Source: Macrostomum hystrix (lineage: Eukaryota > Animalia > Platyhelminthes). Taken from it: a stretch of 64,000 nt of DNA. The stretch covers positions 8,742,001 to 8,806,000 of the forward strand of contig CATNEN010000025.1 in the NCBI GenBank assembly GCA_950097015.1, written 5' to 3'. A program made the translations under genes and the position numbers. Below the pieces are notes generated by a model. It saw only the letters and a list, made by a program, of their open reading frames with translations, did not search any database and was not told the DNA's origin. Of this stretch, positions 10,090 through 21,468 are shown piece after piece (positions within the stretch are counted from its first letter, which is position 1; every line of letters begins with the position of its first letter).

Positions 10090-10208
10090 AATCTCTGCAT
10101 TAATTGCATTCTCTGCATTAATCTCTGCATTAATCTCTGCATTAATCTCTGCATTAATTGCATTCTCTGCATTAATCTCTGCATTAATTGCATTAATCTC
10201 TGCATTAA
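10090..10208. repeat. Short remnant of the 12/18-bp (tctgcattaatc / tctgcattaattgcattc) minisatellite
   Basis: Same motif as the 1.1-1.5 kb arrays in units 2-4 but only a few units long. Confidence 0.9.
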
Positions 10209-11949
10209 GAAAGAAAAATCTAAAGCCTGAGGACAGGTCGCTGACTAGCTATTGTAATTTGTAACAGAGTATGATGAGCTGACATTAATAATTGTATTCA
10301 GAAATGGACTACAAGTCAAAAAACTAAAAAATACCCAGCGGGAAAGCCTACCTCGAATCTAGCTGAATGTAACTCTAGTTTTTAGGATAGGCTTGAATTT
10401 TCTTTTTAGTGCACCAAAGATGCTTTTTGCATCAAAATCATGCACCAAAAAATCGTTCAGTTTCAGAAAAATCGGCCAAACAAAATTTTAACTTAAAATA
10501 GCAAGAATAAGTCTAGTTATATTCTAGCTATATAGTGTCTGTCGTTTTTCGAGAAAACTATTTTTTGTTTTAAAATATTTTCATAGCACAGAATAACAAA
10601 ACTTTACAATTATATTTTTGTTCTTACGCGAAACAAAGTCTGGGTTGTAAAATAGCAATCTCTTAATTAAGTATGATAATAAAAAAGAAAAAATTGAAAC
10701 GTCTTACCATTGGTACAGTCCATTTTTTAACTTTTCTTGTGTTCTCGCGCGCCGACTAACTAGCAAGCCTACATTTTATACTATAGATTTGACTGGTTCC
10801 TACGTCTCGCTTTTTTTGGTGGAAATTACCAAGGTACGGAAATGTTAAAACCTCTATCAGAACGTTTACAACTCTTATGTGTTTCTTTCTCATTTTGAAC
10901 TTTTTATTATTACTTATTTCGATACAGCAATTATGTACAATATAATGTTGTAGGTATTGCTAATGTAGCTATTTAGCTGGTCAATCAAAGCACTTTGCTG
11001 AGTTTTTTAATCAGAATATACATTTCAACTAGCTAAGCTAATATACAAATCAACGAAAATATACAAATCAGTTCCTTTAAAAGTATTTCGAGTTAGTGAC
11101 GTGACATTTTTAAAAGAAATGTTTATTTAAATTGAACTATTTTAAGAAGATAGATTATAAATTGTATTAGGAATTTAAGGGATTTAGTTTCATTAATTTT
11201 AACTCTTCAAAAAATACACACAGTAGAAACTCGAATTATTTTATGCATTGATCCCAGGAAGGAAGTATTAGAGCAAACAAAAAGCAGTTGCTAATATAGC
11301 TATCCAACCCTTTTCCTGAATTCAAAAGGAAATCAATAAAATTATTTGAAATCTTTGAAAGTGAAATATCCAAACTTATTTTGTCAGAAGAGATAACCAG
11401 AAAAACAATTCTCTTTTAGCTTAGCATCATTTTATATAATTAATATCTTTAATAACGCTTTTATATTCACTTTTTTATGGAAATCAAATATAATTATTCA
11501 TGTACAACTTAGTAGTCTAGCCTTTTCACTAGAATTCATGATGCAATAATTATTGGAATCGGCATTCAGCCAGCCAAGAATTTAACCTTTTTTGGCCTCT
11601 CATTAAATGCATTAGGCAAACTCGTTTTTCGAATATTTAATACCTTTAGAATAAAGGCACATTGTCGAAAATGTCAATGTGTCTTGCGAGTAACATTTGG
11701 ACTGTTTAGAAAAAAACACGACCAATTTTGGTTGAGGCATGCAGCCTGTAGAGCGACGTTCGACAGACAGACAGACAGACTTTAGAGATTTAGTATAGGT
11801 GGATGGATGGACTAGCAATTTTAGCCCCCTCTGGGCAGCGGAAACCGGATTTTGGGATCTATAAATTCCCCTCCTTTTTCAAGGTAGGCCTAAAGTACGC
11901 TAATAAACACATCAAAATATTTTTATGGTTTCATTTAGTGACACTAGAT

Positions 11950-12410
11950 CGCAGCCAGCGAACCCGCTCGGACTCCATCATTTTTAAGTTATTAGCAGAC
12001 CCAACTCTTATCTCTTATTCTAATTTTAAGCAATATTATTCAGACGATAAATATGTAAAAGTAATGTTACCCGGAGTTGAGACGTACTCTATACTCGTTT
12101 AGACTAGGAAACCATAAGCTAGCTTGAGAAACATTGCGAGCTGCCAGACAGAAAGTTCCCTATGAGAATAGATTATTTAGTAAGTGCAAACTTAAAGTGG
12201 AAAACGAGGTCCAGTTCTTATTCAAGTGCAGTTGGAATAGTTATAGCTCATCACGTTCGAATTTCGATAAGGAAATTTCAGGGCGTGAAACTCCTAATTT
12301 CACGTCCCTAACAGCAGAAGAAAAATCTATCCACATATTGGCGGCACAAGACGACAGGGAAACCTCTGAAGCACTGGCAAACTACATCGTCAAGAAACAT
12401 GTAAAATAAG
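11950..12410 (+). mobile_element. Decayed non-LTR retrotransposon 3' fragment (unit 1 only)
   Basis: RLGNHKLA*ETLR...ENRLFSKCKLKVENEVQFLFKC resembles the C-terminal CxxC..EDExHFLxxC zinc-finger region of LINE ORF2; has stops and frameshifts. Confidence 0.6.
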
Positions 12411-12821
12411 ATAAGCTGCCCTGAAGCAGCTAACATTTAAATGGCAATCAGGACGATTTATGAATAGTTCTTCTTGTTCTTCGCTGAAATGGGGGCGAAC
12501 CTTGCTTAAGGGGACATTGGTTCTATTCTTAAGAGGGGCATTGTTGGTTCTCTGCAATTGGGGGCATTGGTTTTCTGCTAAAGATGAATTATTTCTTACT
12601 AGTATCACTTACATTTACTAATTAGAGATTTGGTAAAGGTGGATGGATGGATAGGTGGGTTTTTTATTACTACTACTACTGTTGCGTAGTAGTATCGAAG
12701 TAATATCGAAGTAGGCTTACTAGGAGAGCAATACAAGATGTACTTTTATGAGGCACAAACTTTTGCATCCTAACATCATAAATCTAATTTTTGAATTCTG
12801 TTTCAGAACTGAAAGCTTAAC

Positions 12822-15800
12822 ATGACTACAAAGCTGAGCTCATTAATCGTTATTTCTCTGCTGCTGATCCGTAAGTGAAGTGGCTTGTTCGTTGAGGTTA
12901 CATAATGATATTGATTATTAATTATATTCGCTGATTACACTTGCCCGTTGGAGCTACATGTGCAACACAGCACAGCCGTAGCTATTGCGCGGCTCATCTG
13001 AAGGCAGCATGCAGCTGTTCAGTCCATGGACCGGGGGCCACACCTACCCTCAATTACCAGCTAGTACCCGTTTAACAGCTGGGTGAACTGAAGCAATGCT
13101 GAGTGAGTTGTCCTGCTAGTGGACACGAATTGTTCCAGCGAAGTCGGAATCGAACCCCCGACCTTCAAGTCGATTAGTTTGAGAAAACCACTAGGCTACA
13201 AACCCTGATTTCATATAATTTTATTTAAAATGAGTTCTGCTAAAATCTGTGCTACTAATTATTTATTAAACATTTTCAGCTACTGCCAGGTCTGATGATT
13301 TTCACTGCGTGCACGGCGCAACCCACGAAGCGGAAGCCAAAATTGGAGACATAAACGCGATTAGGGTGAGTAGTATGTTGCAAACGGCCTTTATCGACCA
13401 GAAGATAAGAAATCCTTAGAATAAAGATTCCTATGTACTGAGTACGTAAGCGATGCCTTAAGAATAGCCAAGTAAAGCGAGTTTTATTAGCACCCAGTTG
13501 GGTCAGATTTGCAGCCAATGACAATGGACAGCGCTTCCAAAGGCTGTGTGCCTGTACGTGGACTGAGGAGGCCGCGACTCCCCTCAAAAGTTTTTATCCG
13601 AGCTAATGCTGGCACTAGTTATATAGATGGCTAAATGTGAAGAAAATGCTTTTTAAACGACTTGCTCAACCTCCAAGACACATTTAGCTTCTATTCGTGC
13701 GGTTCTATCCAGTCAGCTGCAAGGAGCCAGGATAAAATAAAGCTGCGTCTGCTGTTTCAGGTGATGACGTATGTCCGAATTGATCCGGGCTATAGCAAGA
13801 ACCTGGAGTGCACGTGGACTCTGAAGGCGATCAACTATGACCAGCCCAGACAGATGTACATTGACGTGCCCGTGGTAGACTTTGACAACAATATTGACCC
13901 GTTTTGCAACAAAACCGACGTGTTCAGCTTCTGGCATAAGTACAACGAGAGTGAGTGGCTTGGCTTAAGACAAAAGTTTCCTCTAAGTTTCCTCTCAACC
14001 CTCGACAATTCAACACTCCTATCAAGGAGAAATCATTTATAGTAATAATTCAACTAAAACTACGAGTCACAGTAATTTCGTCGGCTTTCGATGCAAATTA
14101 AAACTCTAACGTGGAAGTACAAGCAGGCAATGTGTGGCTTTTTATTAAGGAAAATGTGGTGCTTTCGTTTTGGCTTTACGAGTGTAATTTCGTTACTCTA
14201 TAAATATTGCGAACATCTCTGTTTAATTCTTATTGAGTATTCACAACAGCTGCTATCAGCCGACTGCACACATTTCAGCTGATTCGCGGCAGGAGTCCTG
14301 GTGCAGTGAATCGTCCGTGTCACGCAGTTTCCAATTCTTGCCGTTCAGAAGGCAAATAATCAACTTGTGGGACTCGTGAGTAGCACTGCAGCTTCTTACT
14401 GAGCTCTCTTATGAGAATGCGAGTTGAGACCCTGCTGCCTCACTTACCACTTCACTCTGCAGGTCGTACTACCTGACTGCGCAATTCCGGTCTGACAATG
14501 AGCAAGTCCGCTCCGATGCCAAGGGATTGCAGTTGGATGTGCAGGTGCTGGACCCAGATTATTGCCACCTGAAAATGATGGATCTCGATAACTACTGCTA
14601 CCTGGTCACTCCTGAGAATGTGTCGCTAGCTCAATCCAATCAGGTTGGAAAACTCTTCCTCGGCAACTTTTTCACTGTCCGAGGCGCCTCTTCTGGCCGG
14701 GATATCTTAGACTTTCTGCGCAGATTCTCTGAGAGAAGTACGCATTTCTTTTTTGAATTTCTGATGAGGATATTTTTGCTCAATTGTGCTCAATCTTGTC
14801 ACCTCTTTGCGCTTCCCTCAGACAAAGCCAGGAAAGACGAGTATCCATACGAGTCGCCACTGGCCCTGACTAATCTCAGACTGTGGACCGGCTACTTTGT
14901 GAACGAATCCTCCTTCAGCGAGGAGGACCCGGTCATGTTTTACTCAGATCCGATAGACGACTGCATTGTCAAGCAAGTGAAAGTGTGAGTGCTGCTTCTC
15001 TATCCCGAGTCTAGTCTAAAGGATATTGTAAATATCATATGGTTTATGGCCAGGCAACGATTCGATGCCAGCTCTGATCCAGTTCAGCCAGATTCCTAAA
15101 ACCAAGGGCGACCTGCACCCGCAGCTGTTCCGCACCTGCGACATCGCGCCGCCAACAACGACAACTACAGCGCCGCCAACAACGACTACGACTCCGGAAC
15201 CAACGACAACTACAGCGCCGCCAACAACGACTACGACTCCGGAACCAACGACAACTACAGCGCCGCCAACAACGACTACGACTCCGGAACCAACGACAAC
15301 TACAGCGCCGCCAACAACGACTACGACTCCGGAACCAACGACAACTACAGCGCCGCCAACAACGACTACGACTCCGGAACCAACGACAACTACAGCGCCG
15401 CCAACAACGACTACGACTCCGGAACCAACGACAACTACAGCGCCGCCAACAACGACTACGACTCCGGAACCAACGACAACTACAGCGCCGCCAACAACGA
15501 CTACGACTCCGGAACCAACGACAACTACAGCGCCGCCAACAACGACTACGACTCCGGAACCAACGACAACTACAGCGCCGCCAACAACGACTACGACTCC
15601 GGAACCAACGACAACTACAGCGCCGCCAACAGCGACCACGACTCCGGAACCAACGACAACTACAGCGCCGCCAACAACGACTACGACTCCGGAACCAACG
15701 ACAACTACAGCGCCGCCAACAACGACTACGACTCCGGAACCAACGACAACTACAGCGCCGCCAACAACGACTACGACTCCGGAACCAACGACAACTACAG

Positions 15801-16747
15801 CGCCGCCAACAACGACTACGACTCCGGAACCAACGACAACTACAGCGCCGCCAACAACGACTACGACTCCGGAACCAACGACAACTACAGCGCCGCCAAC
15901 AACGACTACGACTCCGGAACCAACGACAACTACAGCGCCGCCAACAACGACTACGACTCCGGAACCAACGACAACTACAGCGCCGCCAACAACGACTACG
16001 ACTCCGGAACCAACGACAACTACAGCGCCGCCAACAACGACTACGACTCCGGAACCAACGACAACTACAGCGCCGCCAACAACGACTACGACTCCGGAAC
16101 CAACGACAACTACAGCGCCGCCAACAACGACTACGACTCCGGAACCAACGACAACTACAGCGCCGCCAACAACGACTACGACTCCGGAACCAACGACAAC
16201 TACAGCGCCGCCAACAACGACTACGACTCCGGAACCAACGACAACTACAGCGCCGCCAACAACGACTACGACTCCGGAACCAACGACAACTACAGCGCCG
16301 CCAACAACGACTACGACTCCGGAACCAACGACAACTACAGCGCCGCCAACAACGACTACGACTCCGGAACCAACGACAACTACAGCGCCGCCAACAACGA
16401 CTACGACTCCGGAACCAACGACAACTACAGCGCCGCCAACAACGACTACGACTCCGGAACCAACGACAACTACAGCGCCGCCAACAACGACTACGACTCC
16501 GGAACCAACGAAAACTACAGCGCCGCAAACAACGACTACGACTCCGGAACCAACGACAACTACAGCGCCGCCAACAACGACTACGACTCCGGAACCAACG
16601 ACAACTACAGCGCCGCCAACAACGACTACGACTCCGGAACCAACGACAACTACAGCGCCGCCACCAATCAGAGCAGTGCCGTCAGCGGCAATACTATCAT
16701 TATTATTGATTTTGTTGTTGCCCTTGTTATCATCGTGGCTATTGTGA
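12822..16747 (+). CDS. CUB + C-type-lectin-like + mucin-stalk protein, copy 1 (divergent; exon 7 acceptor deleted, possibly secreted or a pseudogene)
   Basis: Hand-built exons 12822-12870, 13280-13365, 13761-13950, 14279-14375, 14463-14737, 14822-14984, all GT-AG with compatible phases. Signal peptide MTTKLSSLIVISLLLI; CUB-like YSKNLECTWTL..C..D..WC..FRSD..GLQL; CTLD-like YCYLV..LWTGY..DDCIV. About 111 bp missing at 15046-15049 relative to the other copies. Confidence 0.65.
12911..13203 (-). mobile_element. tRNA-derived CORE-type SINE in intron 1 (copies 25117-25410, 36925-37218, 49208-49501)
   Basis: Minus strand: box A TAGCCTAGTGG, box B GGTTCGATTCC, CORE-like ...cagcattgcttcagttcacccagctgttaaacggg, AT-rich tail. 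Confidence 0.8.
15146..16662 (+). repeat. 45-bp coding VNTR (APPTTTTTPEPTTTT), 33 units plus one 24-bp partial
   Basis: Unit count derived from ORF length. Confidence 0.95.
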
Positions 16748-16874
16748 TCGGTGTCGTTGTCTACTTTAGTCGTCAAAGAGGACAGCAGCCGCCATCAACT
16801 AATGGGGACTAGCCGCCACTGCGGGGTAATCAGAAGGAGAAAAAGGCCAGAAGCCGCTACTGGGGACGAACACT

Positions 16875-17311
16875 CGGGATTTCAAAAGCGATAGAAACGC
16901 TGTGGCTAAGAGTGTCGGCTTGACTGTGGACAATGTCGAAGGCACTTTCTGAAGTCTGTTTGGTGGGCGCTTTTACTCATAATTTTGCATTGGCTAACAG
17001 CGTTGCTTAATTTTGTTTTGTTTATAAAGACAGAAATGTTTTTACGATCGCTTATTTCCGGTCTGCGAAGGAAGGAAAACCGGAATTGTCATTTTTCTGT
17101 TTTCATTTGAAATCTAAAATAATCTGTAATGCATGCTGAAGAAGCAGAAGTGCCCCATTGTCAGTCGACCTTTCGAACCCCCGCGCGTGCGCGTATCTAG
17201 CTTGTAATTGCGATCCCCGCGACCCAGTTCCTGTATTCCCATGTTTTACTTCTCTGTTTAGTAGTAATTGGTGATGGAGCTAATGATATATTGATAAGGT
17301 TCCGCAATTAA
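16875..17311. repeat. Dispersed repeat B (array copy; also at +12001, +23899, +36182)
   Basis: Homologous to 8739-9276 outside the array. Confidence 0.75.
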
Positions 17312-17685
17312 ATTTATATTTCCCGAACATAGAATCCTTTTCCCCGGATTCCTATGATTCGAAATCCCCCATCCCCGGATCATTAATTGGTTAACTTGAC
17401 TTGCTACATATCGAATTAAAGTAAGGATGCGAGAGGAAGCAGTCTATCTATTTGTGTGGTTATTATTATCATTAGTTAGAGGTTAGGATATAATTCTCCA
17501 TCCTCAATACCGTTTTCTGATTGTTAGTTGTTAGATTGTTTCGTAATTGATTGTAGTAATTTGTCTGCAGCAATATATTTGAAGCAATACCTGTCTTTAA
17601 TTTCACTATTCTAATTATACGTTCCTTAAATATTTGGGCTTAAGTTATTATTGTAGTGTCTGTTATTAATGCTTCTGATGACAGC

Positions 17686-18005
17686 TGTTGTATCTTAAAT
17701 AACTGACGCAACGGAGATTCAGATTTGTTAGACTTAGAGTAATAAGGAAAACACGCCGATAGGCGGCACTCGGCAGGCAGACGAATAGGAGTGTGTATTT
17801 GATATATTATAGCAATAGCCGTACGATATACGCATGAGTGCAGAGGTCGGGGCTTTTATTTATAGGCCCAAAGGCGTGTGGAGAGAGCATTCTAGAAAGT
17901 TACTAAAAATAGACTACACGGGAAAGTTCTGGAACCAGTGATGGACTTAACGCCTTACGACAAAGAATAGAAATTTCTGGAAAGTTCCCGGAAATTACAG
18001 CAACA
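17686..18005 (-). mobile_element. Probable solo LTR, 320 bp (copies 29687-30006, 41585-41904, 53868-54187)
   Basis: TGTTG...CAACA termini; minus-strand TATA cctataaataaaa; flanks ACAGC / ATAGT may be a decayed 5-bp TSD. Confidence 0.55.
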
Positions 18006-18429
18006 ATAGTCTCAACAGCTGCAGCGACCCTTTTGACCCTTTCGGCCAATCGGCAATTTATTGGCCGATTTATAATATTTGTGAAGTTAAAATAGGAGGC
18101 CGCATCAAGAAAAAGATGTAGCTAGTTTAACCTGTCCTCAGGTGACGGCAATTCTTTCGGACTGTTCTAGACCTAGTGCCACGGCCATAGTATTCGCTAT
18201 ACCATTATCTTAGTTCCTTTCGGCTTAGGCTCTATAGGTTCTTTAGGTTCTCAGTGCAGCTTTTTCGAAACAGTTGCAACTAGTTAGCTGATTTAAAAGT
18301 AATTAAGCTAGTCATTTTGATCAAATCAAAATGCAAAAGTACTGAGAACACGTCTAGTCCTTTATAAAGCTGAGCTGCGGAGCATGCTCCATTTTATCTA
18401 AGATTGCAATCTCTGCTTGAACAAACACA

Positions 18430-18735
18430 TGGGCAACGTTGCGAACACGTTGTCGGGCCATTGTCATGTTCCTGTGCCGCATCGCCAAGATCACCAAACT
18501 GAGCAGCGTCACTCTCAGGATGCTGTACAGGGCCTACGGTGAGAGTGCTCTCACCTACGGCGCCCCAATCTTGACTCTGATCTGCGTCACCAACCAGATC
18601 AAGCTGCAAAAGATCTAAACCCTTGCTCTGCGCATCTGCTATGGTGTGCCTTCTTACCTGAGCACCGAATACCTTCACAAACTGGCCGACATGCCAATGC
18701 TCTCAGCCAGAGAAAGCAGCTCGGTGTGGCCTGCA
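18430..18735 (+). mobile_element. Jockey/I-like LINE 3' RT fragment (copies 30431-30736, 42329-42634, 54612-54917)
   Basis: LRMLYRAYGESALTYGAPI...KLQKI*TLALRICYGVPSYLSTEYLHKLADMP matches the post-RT LYK..YG..LQ.IQN..LR...P.Y...LH pattern; internal stop. Confidence 0.75.
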
Positions 18736-18864
18736 TGCATGCCTTTTTATTTCAATTTTTATTTCAATATTTCAATTTTTATTAGATCCCTTCTTTGTGC
18801 GGGATTTCCCCTGTATATTTCTGCCTATTTTATCTCCCAATGCGTGCCTAAATATAGCCTTGCA

Positions 18865-19189
18865 AATATTGAATATTTTTTTGTTTCATTAAGGCTCAAT
18901 ATTCGCATAAAATAAGCCAAATCAAATCGAGTGTATATATATTATGAATTTCGATTAAATCCAATAATAGTCTGCGGCAGAGTTTTTCGAAACTGATCAG
19001 CAGCCCCAGTCAAATAGGGAATTCGTTTTAACAACAACCTATTATACCCTTGCCTCAACCATAACCCTAAACCTAAACCTAACCCTAAACCAAACCGTAA
19101 CCCTAAACCTAACCTTAATGTTGTGACTGATTGTGTGAGTACACTTGCCCTGTGAGTAAACCTAGCGTGAGTCACTTTATACACAAAAT
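18865..19189. repeat. Dispersed repeat A with interstitial telomere-like tract (taaccctaaacc)
   Basis: Homologous to 8466-8738; present once per unit. Confidence 0.75.
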
Positions 19190-19498
19190 ACAAGATACTA
19201 AATTGTGTATTTAGTATCTCCGTAATTAACCCGTCCAGTTTAACTAATCTTTAGCGGTATTCTTTAATTATTTGCGCGAATTCACTGAACAAGTTTCCAA
19301 GAAATTCGACTACTGCTTAATTCGACTTCTTTTTCTATTCCGGTATCACGCCGTATGCTACTATGGACTATGCTACTGTAAATATTTACTGCTTTGCCTT
19401 TATCACTTATTAGACTGACGTAATATTTTATTCCTATGTTACAGTTCTTTTCATTATGACGTATTTAAATGATGTGCTCTGTGGCTGCTATCTGCAAT

Positions 19499-19802
19499 TA
19501 ATAATTAATAATTGATTACACCTGCCCCAATTGGGTCAGATGTGCAGCCGACAGCACAGCCGCAGCTAATGCGCGGCGCATCTGAAGGCTGCGTACAGCT
19601 GTTCAGTCCATGGACTGGGGGGACGCCACACCCACCTTCAATTATCCCAGCTGATGCTGGTACCCATTTAACAGCTGGGTGAACTGAAGCAATGCAGAGT
19701 TAAGTGTCTTGCTAAAGGACACAAATTGTTTCAGGGGAGTCGGGAATCGAACCCCCGACCTTCAAGTCGTGAGTCCGACGCCCTAACCACTAGGCTACAA
19801 CC
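19499..19802 (-). mobile_element. tRNA-derived CORE-type SINE, better preserved copy (copies 31500-31803, 43398-43701, 55681-55984)
   Basis: Minus strand: GGTTGTAGCCTAGTGGTTAGGGCGTCGGACTCACGA..GGTTCGATTCCC head, then GTGTCCTTTAGCAAGACACTTAACTCTGCATTGCTTCAGTTCACCCAGCTGTTAAATGGG, which aligns by eye to the MIR CORE consensus; (aatt)n tail. Confidence 0.85.
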
Positions 19803-20010
19803 TCTGTTCAATCTGCAATTAAAATAGGCCTACTTTGTCTATAGTCGGCTAGCTAGCTAACGATTAAATGCTGAACAGCGAATTATATAACTATTTGACA
19901 AGCTCCTATGATTTGGCATTGCAAGCATATATGGAGCTATGCAGTAAATAAAAAACAGGCTAGACCTATTTCAGTTCTTATTGATTGAACATAATCTTCA
20001 TTACAACAAG

Positions 20011-21284
20011 TAATATCTGCATTAATTGCATTCTCTGCATTAATCTCTGCATTAATTGCATTCTCTGCATTAATCTCTGCATTAATCTCTGCATTAATCT
20101 CTGCATTAATTGCATTCTCTGCATTAATCTCTGCATTAATTGCATTCTTTGCATTAATCTCTGCATCAATTGCATTCTCTGCATTAATCTCTGCATCAAT
20201 TGCATTCTCTGCATTAATATCTGCATTAATCTCTGCATTAATATCTGCATTAATTGCATTCTCTGCATTAATCTCTGCATTAATTGCATTCTCTGCATTA
20301 ATCTCTGCATTAATTGCATTCTCTGCATTAATCTCTGCATTAATCTCTGCATCAATTGCATTCTCTGCATTAATCTCTGCATTAATCTCTGCATTAATTG
20401 CATTCTCTGCATTAATCTCTGCATTAATCTCTGCATTAATTGCACTCTCTGCATTAATCTCTGCATTAATCTCTGCATTAATTGCATTCTTTGCATTAAT
20501 CTCTGCATTAATCTCTGCATTAATCTCTGCATTAATCTCTGCATTAATCTCTGCATTAATTGCATTCTCTGCATTAATCTCTGCATTAATTGCATTCTCT
20601 GCATTAATATCTGCATTAATTGCATTCTCTGCATTAATCTCTGCATTAATCTCTGCATTAATTGCATTCTCTGCATTAATCTCTGCATTAATTGCATTCT
20701 CTGCATTAATCTCTGCATTAATTGCACTCTTTGCATTAATCTCTGCATTAATTGCATTCTCTGCATTAATCTCTGCATTAATCTCTGCATTAATCTCTGC
20801 ATTAATTGCACTCTTTGCATTAATCTCTGCATTAATTGCATTCTCTGCATTAATCTCTGCATTAATTGCATTCTCTGCATTAATCTCTGCATTAATTGCA
20901 TTCTCTGCATTAATCTCTGCATTAATTGCATTCTCTGCATTAATCTCTGCATTAATTGCATTCTCTGCATTAATCTCTGCATTAATTGCATTCTCTGCAT
21001 TAATCTCTGCATTAATTGCATTCTCTGCATTAATATCTGCATTAATTGCATTCTCTGCATTAATATATGCATTAATTGCATTCTCTGCATTAATCTCTGC
21101 ATTAATTGCATTCTCTGCATTAATCTCTGCATTAATTGCATTCTCTGCATTAATCTCTGCATTAATTGCATTCTCTGCATTAATCTCTGCATTAATTGCA
21201 TTCTCTGCATTAATCTCTGCATTAATTGCATTCTCTGCATTAATCTCTGCATTAATTGCATTCTCTGCATTAATCTCTGCATTA
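20011..21284. repeat. 12/18-bp composite minisatellite, unit 2
   Basis: Interspersed tctgcattaatc and tctgcattaattgcattc units with point variants. Confidence 0.95.
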
Positions 21285-21468
21285 AAAATAAAAACTACAA
21301 TTAATATCTTCAAACTGTCATCCATGTTTTTGAGCTACATCTCTTTTTTATAAATGCTTCTGAAGTTAAATTGCATTTAGCGACTCGTAATTATCCCAAT
21401 TAACTTTCCCAACCCCTGTCATGCCTTCTAAATGATTTCATAAAAAATGGCTTCGATTTTTGGGGGAG

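Noticed and set aside
13276-13587. 103-aa minus-strand ORF and other short ORFs in the array (18394, 18942, 21506-22196 and copies)
   Set aside because: Antisense to exons or TE fragments, or within repeats; no motif support.
15146-16662. C-ending codon bias in the (SAANNDYDSGTNDNY)n frame as evidence that it is the true frame
   Set aside because: Poly-Thr/Pro (ACN/CCN) automatically yields NAC/NCC codons when shifted, and that frame is closed upstream by TAA.
15016-16776. Long minus-strand ORFs (GGAVVVVGSGVVVVV)n and (RRCSCRWFRSRS)n, and their copies
   Set aside because: Antisense shadows of the Thr/Pro repeat; the plus frame is continuous with spliced GC-rich coding sequence.
19060-19118. 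Telomere
   Set aside because: Short degenerate tract inside a dispersed repeat, internal to each unit.
19730-19802. tRNA gene (box A, box B, CAC-like loop)
   Set aside because: No acceptor stem pairing; continues into a CORE domain and tail, so it is a SINE head.
19978-21304. (MQRL)n and (CINL)n ORFs
   Set aside because: By-products of a repeat with unit lengths divisible by 3; no independent coding evidence.
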